In this document: positions 28,591-37,728 of the stretch, piece by piece
Position numbering within the stretch: position 1 is the stretch's first letter
Layout of the letters: the number at the start of each line of letters is the position of its first letter
DNA from: Nocardioidaceae bacterium
Lineage (GTDB): Bacteria > Actinomycetota > Actinomycetes > Propionibacteriales > Nocardioidaceae
DNA: 55,403 bases
Direction: 5' to 3'
Assembly: GCA_025927595.1 (NCBI GenBank)
Contig: JAICLD010000001.1
Location: 1-55,403 of the forward strand
Position numbers and translations under genes: made by a program
Notes under the pieces: model-generated
What the model saw: only the letters and a program-made list of their open reading frames with translations
What the model was told of the DNA's origin: nothing
The model's database searches: none

Positions 28591-28627
28591 CGACGAGGCC
28601 CCGGCCGGGACGGCCGGGGCCTCGTCG
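28591..28627. terminator. Perfect 17-bp hairpin between convergent yeiH-like gene and xsc
   Basis: CGACGAGGCCCCGGCCG-GGA-CGGCCGGGGCCTCGTCG, 14 nt after the xsc stop. Confidence 0.85.
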
Positions 28628-28641
28628 TGCGGGTGCTCAGC

Positions 28642-30462
28642 TCACACGTAGTCCTGGTACTTCTCCAGCAGCCGGACCGGCTTGGACAGCGCGTCGCGTC
28701 GGAAGGGGTCGCCGAGCTCGCGGGTGCACATGATCTCGACGATGCAGGTCTTGCCCTCGTTCATCTGCAGGTCGATCGCGCGCTCCAGCGCCGGGCCGAC
28801 CTGGTCGAGCTTCTCGACCACGATGCCCTCGGCGCCCATCGCCTGGGCGATGCCGGCGAAGCTCTCGCTCTCCAGCTCCCCGGCCACGAAGCGCCGGTTG
28901 TAGAAGTCGACCTGGTTCTTCTTCTCCGCACCCCACTGGCGGTTGTGGAACACGACGGCCGTGACGGGGATGTCGTGGCGCACCGCGGTCATCACCTCGC
29001 CCATGCTCATGCCCCAGGCACCGTCGCCGGCGTAGGCGATCGCGGGCCGGTCGGGGGCCGCGGCCTTGGCGCCGATGATCGTGGGCAGCGCGTAGCCGCA
29101 GTTGCCGAACGACATCGGCGCGAAGAACGAGCGCGGCTCCTCGAAGCGGAGGTAGGAGTTCGCCACCGAGTTGATGTTGCCGATGTCGGTGGAGACCATC
29201 GCCCGCGGCGGCATGGCCTTCTCCAGCTCACGCAGCACCTGGCGCGGGTGCAGCCAGCTGCCCTCCTCCTGCTCGGCCTCGGCGATCACGTCGAGGCTGT
29301 AGGGGTCGCGCTCGTGGGTCCACTCCGAGAGCTCCCTCTCCCAGGCGTCCTTCTCCGCCGCGGTCCTGGCGGCGCGCTCCTCGCGGGTGGCGTCGCAGGA
29401 GAGGGTGCGGCCCTCGAGGCGCCGGGTCAGCGCCTCGGCCGCCTGCTTGGCGTCGCCGCAGATGCCGACGGTGATCTTCTTCACCAGGCCGAGCATCTTG
29501 TGGTCGGCGTCGATCTGGATGATCTTCGCGTCCTTGGGCCAGTAGTCCATGCCGTGCTGGGGCAGTGTGCCGAAGGGGCCGAGCCGGGACCCGAGCGCCA
29601 CGACGACGTCGGCCTGGGAGATCAGCTTCATCGCGGCCTTGGAGCCCTGGTAGCCCAGCGGGCCGCACCACTGGGGGTGCGAGGCGGGGAACGAGTCGTT
29701 GTGCAGGTAGCTGTTCACCACCGGGGCGCCCAGGCGCTCGGCGAGCGCCTGGCACTGCGCGACGCCGTCGGCCATCACGACGCCGCCACCGGAGATGATG
29801 ACGGGGAACTGCGCGGTCGCGAGGAGCTCCGCGGCCTCGTCGAGGCTCTGGGCCCCCCCGGCGCCGCGGTCGAGGCGGAACGGCCGCGGGATCTCGGTCT
29901 CGATCTCGCCGTAGAAGTAGTCGCGGGGGATGTTGAGCTGGGTGGGGCCGATCTCCGACATCGCCCGGTCGAAGCACCGGCCGGCGTACTCCGCCATCCG
30001 GGCGGGGTTGTTCACGTGCCCCTGGTACTTGGTGAACTCCTGGAACATCGGCAGCTGGTTCGCCTCCTGGAAGCCGCCGAGGCCGGTGCCCATCGTCCCC
30101 GCCTCCGGGGTGACGATCACGACCGGGCTGTGCGCCCAGTACGCCGCGGCGATCGCCGTGACGCAGTTGCTGATGCCGGGGCCGTTCTGGCCGATCACGA
30201 CGCCGTGCCGGCCGCTGACGCGGGCGTAGCCGTCGGCCATGTGCCCGGCACCCTGCTCGTGGACGACCGGGACGAGCCGGATGCCGGCGGGGGCGAAGAT
30301 GTCCATGGCGTCCATGAACGCCGAGCCCATGATCCCGAAGATGTCGCGGACGTCGTTGGCCACCAGGGTCTCGACGAACGCCTCGGACGGCGTCATCCGC
30401 TGCCTGCCCTGCGCCACCGTGCGCTCCGGTGCCTGTTCCACCCGGTCAACCGTGTCTGTCAT
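28642..30462 (-). CDS. xsc: Sulfoacetaldehyde acetyltransferase (ThDP-dependent)
   Basis: MTPSEAFVET, GIMGSAFMD, HEQGAGHMADG, GDGAWGMS...NRQWGAEKKNQ, ELGDPFRRDA Xsc signatures. Confidence 0.96.
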   Translation of the reverse strand: MTDTVDRVEQAPERTVAQGRQRMTPSEAFVETLVANDVRDIFGIMGSAFMDAMDIFAPAGIRLVPVVHEQGAGHMADGYARVSGRHGVVIGQNGPGISNCVTAIAAAYWAHSPVVIVTPEAGTMGTGLGGFQEANQLPMFQEFTKYQGHVNNPARMAEYAGRCFDRAMSEIGPTQLNIPRDYFYGEIETEIPRPFRLDRGAGGAQSLDEAAELLATAQFPVIISGGGVVMADGVAQCQALAERLGAPVVNSYLHNDSFPASHPQWCGPLGYQGSKAAMKLISQADVVVALGSRLGPFGTLPQHGMDYWPKDAKIIQIDADHKMLGLVKKITVGICGDAKQAAEALTRRLEGRTLSCDATREERAARTAAEKDAWERELSEWTHERDPYSLDVIAEAEQEEGSWLHPRQVLRELEKAMPPRAMVSTDIGNINSVANSYLRFEEPRSFFAPMSFGNCGYALPTIIGAKAAAPDRPAIAYAGDGAWGMSMGEVMTAVRHDIPVTAVVFHNRQWGAEKKNQVDFYNRRFVAGELESESFAGIAQAMGAEGIVVEKLDQVGPALERAIDLQMNEGKTCIVEIMCTRELGDPFRRDALSKPVRLLEKYQDYV

Positions 30463-30496
30463 CGATGCTCCCTCTCGTGTCCGCGATAGCCCCTCG

Positions 30497-30572
30497 ACCC
30501 TAGGCTCCGAGGTGGGTGCTGGTCAACGCCGGATTCGACATTTCGAGACGGAACTTACTATTTTCCGAGACG
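30497..30572 (-). promoter_or_regulatory. xsc promoter TTGACC-N18-TAGGGT with upstream 22-bp-spaced direct repeats
   Basis: -35 at 30521-30526, -10 at 30497-30502; TTTCGAGACG (30541) and TTCCGAGACG (30563). Confidence 0.65.
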
Positions 30573-30591
30573 CCGTCTAGACTGGCCCATC

Positions 30592-31410
30592 ATGGAGAGC
30601 ACCCACGAGCTGGTCCTCGACGACGCTCAGGACGCCCCGACCATCGGTGAGACCCCCGCGCTCCGGCTGTTCGGGCTGCTGGAGCTGATCGCCGCCAAGG
30701 ACGCCTTCGTCTCGCTGCCCGGGCTGGTCGAGGAGACCGGGCTGCCGAAGCCGACCCTGCACCGGATGCTGCAGCAGCTCGAGGGCGCGGACCTGCTCGT
30801 GCGGCAGAGCGATGGCCGGCACTACGGCACCGGGGCCCGGCTGCGCCGCCTGGCCGAGAACCTCCTGCTCAACGCCACCCAGCACGGCGCCCGGCACGCG
30901 GTGCTGCGGTCGCTGGTGGGCGAGATCGGGGAGAGCTGCAACGTCACCGCCCTCTCCGGCAACGAGGTCGTCTACCTGGACCGGGTCGAGACCCCGGAGC
31001 CGCTGCGGTTCTACCTGCACGCCGGCTCGCGGGTGCCGGTGCACTGCTCGGCCAGCGGCAAGATGATCCTCTCGCAGATGCGCCCGGTGCAGCGTCGCAA
31101 GCTCCTCGGCGCCGTGCCGCTGGAGCGGCACACCCCGCACACGCTCACCGACCTCGACCGGCTCGAGGACGAGCTGGCGAGGGTGGCCCGGGACGGGTAC
31201 GCCGTCGACGCCGAGGAGTTCCTCCCGGGGCTGGTCTGCGTCGCGGTGCTGGTCCCGACCGAGTCCGGCCGCTCCAACCTGTGCGTCGCGGCCCAGGCCC
31301 CGGCTGTCCGGCTCAGCGCGGACCACGCCGTCGACGTGCTCCCGGCGCTGCGGCGGGCCGCCGACGCGATCGCGCGGATCGAGGCCGAGGGCTCGGCGGA
31401 CCGGGCATGA
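30592..31410 (+). CDS. IclR-family regulator divergent from xsc
   Basis: GLPKPTLHR HTH, GESCN, HCSASGK, EEFLPGLVCVAV; TAGACT -10 at 30578. Confidence 0.9.
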   Translation: MESTHELVLDDAQDAPTIGETPALRLFGLLELIAAKDAFVSLPGLVEETGLPKPTLHRMLQQLEGADLLVRQSDGRHYGTGARLRRLAENLLLNATQHGARHAVLRSLVGEIGESCNVTALSGNEVVYLDRVETPEPLRFYLHAGSRVPVHCSASGKMILSQMRPVQRRKLLGAVPLERHTPHTLTDLDRLEDELARVARDGYAVDAEEFLPGLVCVAVLVPTESGRSNLCVAAQAPAVRLSADHAVDVLPALRRAADAIARIEAEGSADRA

Positions 31411-32381
31411 ACGCTCCCCAGCTGCCGCCCCAGCACCAGGTCGGTGTCCGCGAGGTCTTCGGCATCGACTCCTCCCTCACCGTCCCGGCCTTCGTCGAGC
31501 CCGACGAGCACGTGCCCGAGGTGGACCCCGTCTACCGCTTCGACCGGGACGTCACGCTCGCCCTGCTGGCCGGCTTCAGCCGCAACCGGCGGGTGCTGGT
31601 GCAGGGCCTGCACGGCACCGGGAAGTCCTCCCACGTCGAGCAGGTCGCGGCCCGGCTGGGGTGGCCCTGCGTCCGCGTCAACCTCGACGGGCACATCAGC
31701 CGGCTGGACCTGATCGGCCGCGACGCCATCGTGCTCCGCGACGGCCTGCAGGTCACCGAGTTCCAGGAGGGCATCGTCCCGTGGGCCCTGCAGCGTCCGG
31801 TCGCGCTGGTCTTCGACGAGTACGACGCCGGCCGCCCGGACGTGATGTTCGTGATCCAGCGGATCCTGGAGCGGGACGGGCGGCTGACCCTGATGGACCA
31901 GAGCCGCGTGATCAGCCCGCACCCCGGGTTCCGGATGTTCGCGACGGCGAACACCGTCGGGCTCGGCAACCTCAACGGGCTCTACCACGGGGTGCAGCGT
32001 CTGAACCACGCGCAGATGGACCGCTGGAACATCGTGGCGACGCTGGACTTCCTGCCCGCCGAGGAGGAGGCCGCGATCGTGCTGGCCCGGGTGCCGGGGC
32101 TCGACGACGACCGGGGCCGGGCGCTGGTCGACGCCATGGTGTCGGTGGCCCACCTGACCCGGGCGGGCTTCCACGCCGGGGACCTGTCCACGCTGATGTC
32201 GCCGCGGACGGTGATCACCTGGGCCGAGAACCTCGAGATCTTCGGCGACCCGGCGACCGCGTTCCGGCTGTCGTTCGCGAACAAGTGCGACGAGGCGGAG
32301 CGGCCCCTGGTGGCGGAGTACTACCAGCGCTGCTTCGGCGACGAGCTCGACGAGCCGGACCGGCTGGCCCGGCCGGCGTGA
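31407..32381 (+). CDS. CobS/CbbQ/NirQ-like AAA+ ATPase
   Basis: GLHGTGKSS Walker A, RVNLDGHISRLDLIG, LVFDEYD Walker B, ATANT, AQMDRW, SPR. Confidence 0.9.
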   Translation: MNAPQLPPQHQVGVREVFGIDSSLTVPAFVEPDEHVPEVDPVYRFDRDVTLALLAGFSRNRRVLVQGLHGTGKSSHVEQVAARLGWPCVRVNLDGHISRLDLIGRDAIVLRDGLQVTEFQEGIVPWALQRPVALVFDEYDAGRPDVMFVIQRILERDGRLTLMDQSRVISPHPGFRMFATANTVGLGNLNGLYHGVQRLNHAQMDRWNIVATLDFLPAEEEAAIVLARVPGLDDDRGRALVDAMVSVAHLTRAGFHAGDLSTLMSPRTVITWAENLEIFGDPATAFRLSFANKCDEAERPLVAEYYQRCFGDELDEPDRLARPA

Positions 32382-34090
32382 GCCCCGCGCCCGACGCCGC
32401 CGTCCGGGCGCGGCACCAGCAGCGGATCGAGGAGCTCTGCGGCGCCGCGGTCCGGGCGCTGAGCGGCGACCCCGCACTGCACTTCCGCGGCGGCCGGCTG
32501 CACCGGGGCGAGGTGGTGTACCCGGCCCGGGCCCCGCATCTGCGGCCATCGCTGGACTCCGACGACCTCGGCTCGTTCCGGGGGGCCGCCGACGGGCTGG
32601 CGCTGCGCCGCCTGCACTCCGACCCCGACCTCCACGGCCGCCTCGCTCCGGAGCCCGGACCCGAGCGCCTCGTCTTCGACCTGCTCGAGCAGCTCCGCGC
32701 CGAGGCGCTCGCCCCGAGGGCGATGGCCGGTGTGGTGGCGAACCTGCGGCACCGCCACGAGACCTGGTCGGCGGCGTTCCACGCCTCCGGACTGACCGAG
32801 ACGCCCAGTGGGCTGCTGCTCTACACCGTCGCCCAGGTCGCCCGCGCCAAGGTCACCGGCGAGCCGGTCGTCGAGGTCACCGAGGACCTGCTCGAGGGCA
32901 CCCGGCTCGCGCTCGCGCCCGCCGTCGGTCCCGACCTCGCCGCGCTGCGCCGGCTGCGGCACGACCAGGCGGGCTACGCGGTCCACGCGCTGCGGATCGC
33001 GGCGCACGTCGCCTCCCTCCTCGAGCGGTACGTCGTCGAGGCCGACGGCGCTCCCCCGCAGCCGCTGCGCGACACCTTCTCGCTGCTCGTCGACGGCGAC
33101 GACGACGAGGGCGCACCGCCGGCAAGCGCCGCCCGCGGTGGCCGGCACGATGACGAGGTCTCCGCCTACCGGGTGCTCACCCGCGAGTACGACACCGAGC
33201 GCGACGCCGCCTCGCTCGTGCGGCCCGCCCGGCTCCGGGAGCTGCGCGAGCGGCTCGACGAGCTCGTCTCCCGGACGCCGGTGAACCGGCACCGGCTGGT
33301 CCGGCAGCTGCGTGCGGCGCTGACCGAGCCGGCCGACGGCGGCTGGGAGCGCGGCCGCGAGCAGGGCCTCGTCGACGGGCGGGTGCTGGCCCGGCTGGTC
33401 ACCTCCCCCACCGAGCGGCGGCTCTTCCAGTGGCCGCGCCGGGAGCCGCACGCCGACGCGCTCGTGACCTTCCTCGTCGACTGCTCGGGGTCCATGCGCG
33501 GCCACCGAGAGGACGTCGCCACCGCGCTGGACCTGCTGGTGCGCGCCCTGGACCAGGCCGAGGTGAGCACGGAGGTGCTCGGGTTCACCACCGGGGGCTG
33601 GAACGGCGGACGGGTCCTGCGCGCCTGGACGCGTGCCGGGCGGCCGCCGATGCCGGGCCGCCTCAACGAGCTGTCGCACCTGGTGTTCAAGGACGCCGAC
33701 ACGTCGTGGCGCCGGGCCCGGCCGGGCCTGGCCGCGATGCTGACCGAGCACCTCTACCGCGAGGGCGTCGACGGCGAGGCGGTCGCCTGGGCCTGCGCCC
33801 GGATGCGGTCGCGGCCGGAGGCCCGGCGGCTGCTCGTGGTCGTCTCCGACGGCAGCCCGATGGACACCGCGACGGTGCGCCTCAACGGCCCGGACTACCT
33901 CGACGCGCACCTGCGCGAGGTGGTGCGGCGGGAGGAGCAGGAGGGCTCGGTGCTCGTGCACGGCCTGGGCCTCGGGCTCGACCTCGGCGCGTTCTACCCG
34001 CGCAGCCAGGCCCTCGACCTGCGGCACGGCATCGACAACGAGGTGCTCGCCGACGTCGTACGCCTGCTGTCCCGGCCGGGACGGCGGTGA
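32378..34090 (+). CDS. CobT-like VWA-domain protein
   Basis: FRGAADGLAL, EQLRAE, DCSGSM MIDAS, LGFTT, PGRLNEL, DGEAVAWA, SDGSPMD. Confidence 0.85.
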   Translation: MSPAPDAAVRARHQQRIEELCGAAVRALSGDPALHFRGGRLHRGEVVYPARAPHLRPSLDSDDLGSFRGAADGLALRRLHSDPDLHGRLAPEPGPERLVFDLLEQLRAEALAPRAMAGVVANLRHRHETWSAAFHASGLTETPSGLLLYTVAQVARAKVTGEPVVEVTEDLLEGTRLALAPAVGPDLAALRRLRHDQAGYAVHALRIAAHVASLLERYVVEADGAPPQPLRDTFSLLVDGDDDEGAPPASAARGGRHDDEVSAYRVLTREYDTERDAASLVRPARLRELRERLDELVSRTPVNRHRLVRQLRAALTEPADGGWERGREQGLVDGRVLARLVTSPTERRLFQWPRREPHADALVTFLVDCSGSMRGHREDVATALDLLVRALDQAEVSTEVLGFTTGGWNGGRVLRAWTRAGRPPMPGRLNELSHLVFKDADTSWRRARPGLAAMLTEHLYREGVDGEAVAWACARMRSRPEARRLLVVVSDGSPMDTATVRLNGPDYLDAHLREVVRREEQEGSVLVHGLGLGLDLGAFYPRSQALDLRHGIDNEVLADVVRLLSRPGRR

Positions 34091-34094
34091 CCCG

Positions 34095-34829
34095 GTGACG
34101 CTGCTGTCGGTCGCCGCCGTCGCGGTGCTCGTCGGGGCGCTGGTGCGTGGCTACACCGGCTTCGGCGCCTCCATGTTCTGGGTGGCCAGCCTCTCGCTGG
34201 TGTACCCGCCGGCCGGGGTCGTGCCCACCGTGCTGCTGCTGGAGGTGCTGGCCAGCCTGGTGCTGGTGCCGGCGGTGTGGCACGACGTCGACTGGCGCCG
34301 GATGCGCTGGATGCTGCTGGCCAGCGTGCTCACGATGCCGCTGGGCGTCGCCCTGCTGCAGGTGCTCCCGGCCCGGCCGATGCGGGTCGTGGTGGCGCTC
34401 GTGATCCTCGCCGGCACCCTCGCCATGGCCTTCGGCGTCCGCACCGCAGGACGCCCGGGCACGCGTACGGCGCTGGCCGCCGGCTCGGTCAGCGGCGTCG
34501 TCAACGGCAGCACCGGGCTCGGCGGGCCACCGGCAGTGCTGCTCTACTTCTCCGGCGCGGACTCCAACGCGGTCGGCCGGGCCACCCTCATCGCCTACTT
34601 CCTCGGCACGGACGCGGCGGGCTTCGCGATGATGGCGGCCACCGGCCTCGTCGACGCCAGGGTGCTGACCCACTCGGCGGTGTTCGCGCCCCTGGCCCTG
34701 GTCGGCATCGCGGTCGGCCAGCGGGGGTTCCGCCGGACGGGCGGCGGACGCAGCTTCCGCACCGTGGTCGTCGTCGTGCTGCTGGTGCTCTCGGTGGCGA
34801 CGCTGGTGCGGGCGGGTCTGGCGGGGTGA
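34095..34829 (+). CDS. TauE/SafE-family sulfite exporter
   Basis: GYTGFG and GSTGLGGP repeat motifs, about 8 TM. Confidence 0.88.
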   Translation: MTLLSVAAVAVLVGALVRGYTGFGASMFWVASLSLVYPPAGVVPTVLLLEVLASLVLVPAVWHDVDWRRMRWMLLASVLTMPLGVALLQVLPARPMRVVVALVILAGTLAMAFGVRTAGRPGTRTALAAGSVSGVVNGSTGLGGPPAVLLYFSGADSNAVGRATLIAYFLGTDAAGFAMMAATGLVDARVLTHSAVFAPLALVGIAVGQRGFRRTGGGRSFRTVVVVVLLVLSVATLVRAGLAG

Positions 34830-34847
34830 GCCGCCGAACGCCGCAAG

Positions 34848-34927
34848 GTGGCCGATCCCTGCGGCCCGGTCTGGTGGTGGCCGACCGCAGCAGCCCCTCG
34901 ACGCCGTACGACGCGGGGATCGGCCAC
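34848..34927. repeat. 80-bp element with 16-bp inverted arms (REP/MITE-like or bidirectional terminator)
   Basis: GTGGCCGATCCCTGCG / CGCGGGGATCGGCCAC (15/16 complementary) between convergent genes. Confidence 0.6.
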
Positions 34928-34958
34928 ACTCGGGCCTCGACCCGGGTGGCGTGGGCCC

Positions 34959-35759
34959 CTATCCCGTCGCGGCAGCCGCCGTCGGCGTCTCCTGGATCGC
35001 CTGCCGGACCCGCTCGCGCAGCCGGTTGTACTCCGGCATCGCCCGGATCCGCTCCGCCGCGATCTGCTCCCCCGGCTCCGAGAACAACGCCGGCTCGTCG
35101 AGGACGACGCGACCCGGACGCGGGCTCATCACCAGCACCCGGGAGCCGAGGAACACGGCCTCGTCGACGCTGTGGGTGATGAACAGGATGGTCTTGCCGG
35201 TCGCCCGCCAGATGTCGAGCAGCTCGTTCTGGAGGCGCTCACGCGTCAGCGCGTCCAGGGCGCCGAACGGCTCGTCCATCAGCACGATGTCCGGGTCGTT
35301 GGTCAGCACCCGGGCGATCTGGCAGCGCTGCTGCATGCCGCCGGACAGCTCGTAGGGACGCCGGTCGCCGAAGTCGGAGAGGCCGACCATCGTGAGGTAC
35401 CGCTCCGCCTCGGCCCGCCGCTCCTTGGCGCCCACGCCCCGCAGCTTGGGCCCGAGCTCGACGTTCTTGCGGACGTTCAGCCAGGGGTACAGCATCGGCT
35501 GCTGGAACACGACCCCCCGCTCGGCGGAGGGCCGGCGCACCCGCTCCCCGCCGACCGTGATCGTGCCCTCGGAGGGCCGCATGAAGCCGGCCAGCAGCCG
35601 CAGCAGCGTGGTCTTGCCGCACCCCGAGGGGCCGGCCAGACACACGAACTGGCCGGCCTCGATCGTCATGTCGATCCGGTCGATCGCGTGGACGAGGGAG
35701 CCACGGACGTTGAAGTAGTGCCGCAGCCCCTCGATCTCGACGGCCTGGTCGTGGCTCAC
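34959..35759 (-). CDS. tauB: Taurine ABC transporter ATP-binding subunit
   Basis: GPSGCGKT, LSGGMQQR, LMDEPFGALDALTRE, ITHSVDEA. Confidence 0.85.
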   Translation of the reverse strand: MSHDQAVEIEGLRHYFNVRGSLVHAIDRIDMTIEAGQFVCLAGPSGCGKTTLLRLLAGFMRPSEGTITVGGERVRRPSAERGVVFQQPMLYPWLNVRKNVELGPKLRGVGAKERRAEAERYLTMVGLSDFGDRRPYELSGGMQQRCQIARVLTNDPDIVLMDEPFGALDALTRERLQNELLDIWRATGKTILFITHSVDEAVFLGSRVLVMSPRPGRVVLDEPALFSEPGEQIAAERIRAMPEYNRLRERVRQAIQETPTAAAATG

Positions 35760-36814
35760 TGCGACGCCGACTTCGCCGGCCCGGCGTCGACGCCGGCGGC
35801 GTAGACGCTCGCGGGCGCCACCGCGGCGATCCCGCCCTGGGCGTAGAGGAACTTCGCGGTGCTGAGCAGGTCCTTGGCCATCTTGCCGCCGAGGTGCTGC
35901 GCGTCGGCCTGCTGGGCCGCCGGAAGGTACGAGTAGCCCTTGAACAGCGCGACCGCCTGCTTGGTGGAGACCCCGAGCTCGACCGCGATGCTCTCCGCGG
36001 CGGTGCTCGGCTTGTCCTCGATCTGCTTGACGCCCCAGTCCTCCGCCTTGGCCCACTGCTTCATGAACGCCGGGTTCGCCTTCATGAAGTCGTTGCGGGC
36101 GGTGCCGAGGTCGTACGTCGGCTTGCCCGCCTTGGCGGTGTCCGCACTGCTCAGCACGAGGTGCCCGCTCTTCAGCAGGGTGGCCAGCGACGGGTTCCAC
36201 ACCCACGCCGCGTCGATCTGCTTGCCCTGCCAGGCCGACGGCATCTTCTCCGGCTCGAGGTTGATCAGCTTGACGTCCTTGTCCGGGTCCATCCCGGCGT
36301 CCTGCAGCGCCTGGAGCAGCGAGAAGTGCGACGTGGAGCCGAACGGCACGGCGATGGTCTTGCCCTTGAGGTCGGTCAGCTTCTTGACCGACGGGTCCCG
36401 GGCGACCAGCGACTCGGCGTCACCGATGATGTCGTGGATCCAGATCACCGACACCGGCAGGTTGAGCGGCTTCGACATCGCGATCGTGGCGGGTGAGGAG
36501 CCCATCAGGCCCAGGTCGACGCTCTTCGCGCCGTACGCCTGGACGACGTCGCCGCCGGAGGCGAAGTTCGACCACTTGATCGTGGCCTTGGGCATGCAGG
36601 CCTCGAGGATCCCCCGGTCCTTGACCACCAGGTCGGCGTTGGGGATCTTCTGGTAGGCGATGCGCGCGCTGGTGGTGACCGACGAGTCCGGCTTCCACGG
36701 GCACTTGGTGCCCGTGCCACCGGAGGCGCTCCGGTTGGAGTCGACACAGCCGCTGAGCCCGAGGGCGAGCACGGCCACGGTGCCGGTGGCGAGGAGGGTC
36801 GAGCGTGTGAACAT
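35756..36814 (-). CDS. tauA: Taurine ABC transporter substrate-binding lipoprotein
   Basis: LSGC lipobox, FASGGDV, GSSP, IGDAESLV, PFGSTSHFSL, DAAWVWNP. Confidence 0.85.
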   Translation of the reverse strand: MFTRSTLLATGTVAVLALGLSGCVDSNRSASGGTGTKCPWKPDSSVTTSARIAYQKIPNADLVVKDRGILEACMPKATIKWSNFASGGDVVQAYGAKSVDLGLMGSSPATIAMSKPLNLPVSVIWIHDIIGDAESLVARDPSVKKLTDLKGKTIAVPFGSTSHFSLLQALQDAGMDPDKDVKLINLEPEKMPSAWQGKQIDAAWVWNPSLATLLKSGHLVLSSADTAKAGKPTYDLGTARNDFMKANPAFMKQWAKAEDWGVKQIEDKPSTAAESIAVELGVSTKQAVALFKGYSYLPAAQQADAQHLGGKMAKDLLSTAKFLYAQGGIAAVAPASVYAAGVDAGPAKSASQ

Positions 36815-36838
36815 GGGCTTCCTTAGGGTGGGGTCGGG

Positions 36839-37726
36839 TCAGGCCTTGCCGCGCCAGGGGACGAGCACGGTCTCGAGGAGCTTGATGATGCCGTCCAGCG
36901 CGACGGCGGCGACGCCGATGACGATGATGCAGGCGATCGTCAGCGGTGTCTGGAGCTGCGTGCCGGACAGGTAGGCCAGGCCGCCGATGCCCGGGATGCC
37001 GTTGTTGAGCTCGGCCGCGACGACCGTCGTCCACGCGAACCCGACCGCGACCCGGATGCCGTTGAGCACCTCGGGCAGGGTGGCCGGGATCGTCACCGAC
37101 GTCAGGGCCTGCCGACGCGACGCCCCGAGGCTCAGCACGGCGTTGACCTGGTCCTCGCGGACCCCCCGGACGCCGCTGATCGTGGCCATCGTGATCGGCG
37201 GGAACGCCGCCAGGAACAGCAGCCAGATCTTGGAGGTGTCGCCGATCCCGAACCAGACGATCAGCAGGCCGATGTAGCCCAGGGGCGGCAGCGACCGGAG
37301 GAAGTTGAGGTAGGGCTCGGTGACGATGCCGATCCACTTGACGGTCGACATCATCAGGCCGAGCGGGATCCCGACCACGATCGCGGCACCCACGCCGACC
37401 GCGATCCGCTGCAAGCTCGCGACCAGGTGCTCCCACAGGTAGTAGTTCTGCGCACCGCGGACGATCCGGTTCACGCCCGGAGCCACCTGGTGGTCGCTGT
37501 TGGCCTGCACGAAGGCGTGCCACACGGCACCGGGTCCGGGCAGGTAGAGCGGCCGGATCAGCTTCAGCTCGGTCACCAGCCACCAGGCGACGATCGTGAA
37601 GACGAGCACCGAGATCCGGATCAGCCACGAGGTGGACCTCCCGCGGCCGGAGCCGCGGCGGGGCGCTCCGGGTGGCGCGACCGGTGTCGGCCCGGACGTG
37701 GTGACGGTGGTGACGGGCTGGGCCAT
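36839..37726 (-). CDS. tauC: Taurine ABC transporter permease
   Basis: YLPGP, LWEHLVASLQR, RSLPPLGY, WFGIGD, WTTVVAAEL. Confidence 0.85.
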   Translation of the reverse strand: MAQPVTTVTTSGPTPVAPPGAPRRGSGRGRSTSWLIRISVLVFTIVAWWLVTELKLIRPLYLPGPGAVWHAFVQANSDHQVAPGVNRIVRGAQNYYLWEHLVASLQRIAVGVGAAIVVGIPLGLMMSTVKWIGIVTEPYLNFLRSLPPLGYIGLLIVWFGIGDTSKIWLLFLAAFPPITMATISGVRGVREDQVNAVLSLGASRRQALTSVTIPATLPEVLNGIRVAVGFAWTTVVAAELNNGIPGIGGLAYLSGTQLQTPLTIACIIVIGVAAVALDGIIKLLETVLVPWRGKA

Positions 37727-37728
37727 GG

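Noticed and set aside
31407-34090. Cobaltochelatase CobST in cobalamin synthesis
   Set aside because: No cobN or other cob genes, no B12 riboswitch evident, and the operon context is xsc/TauE
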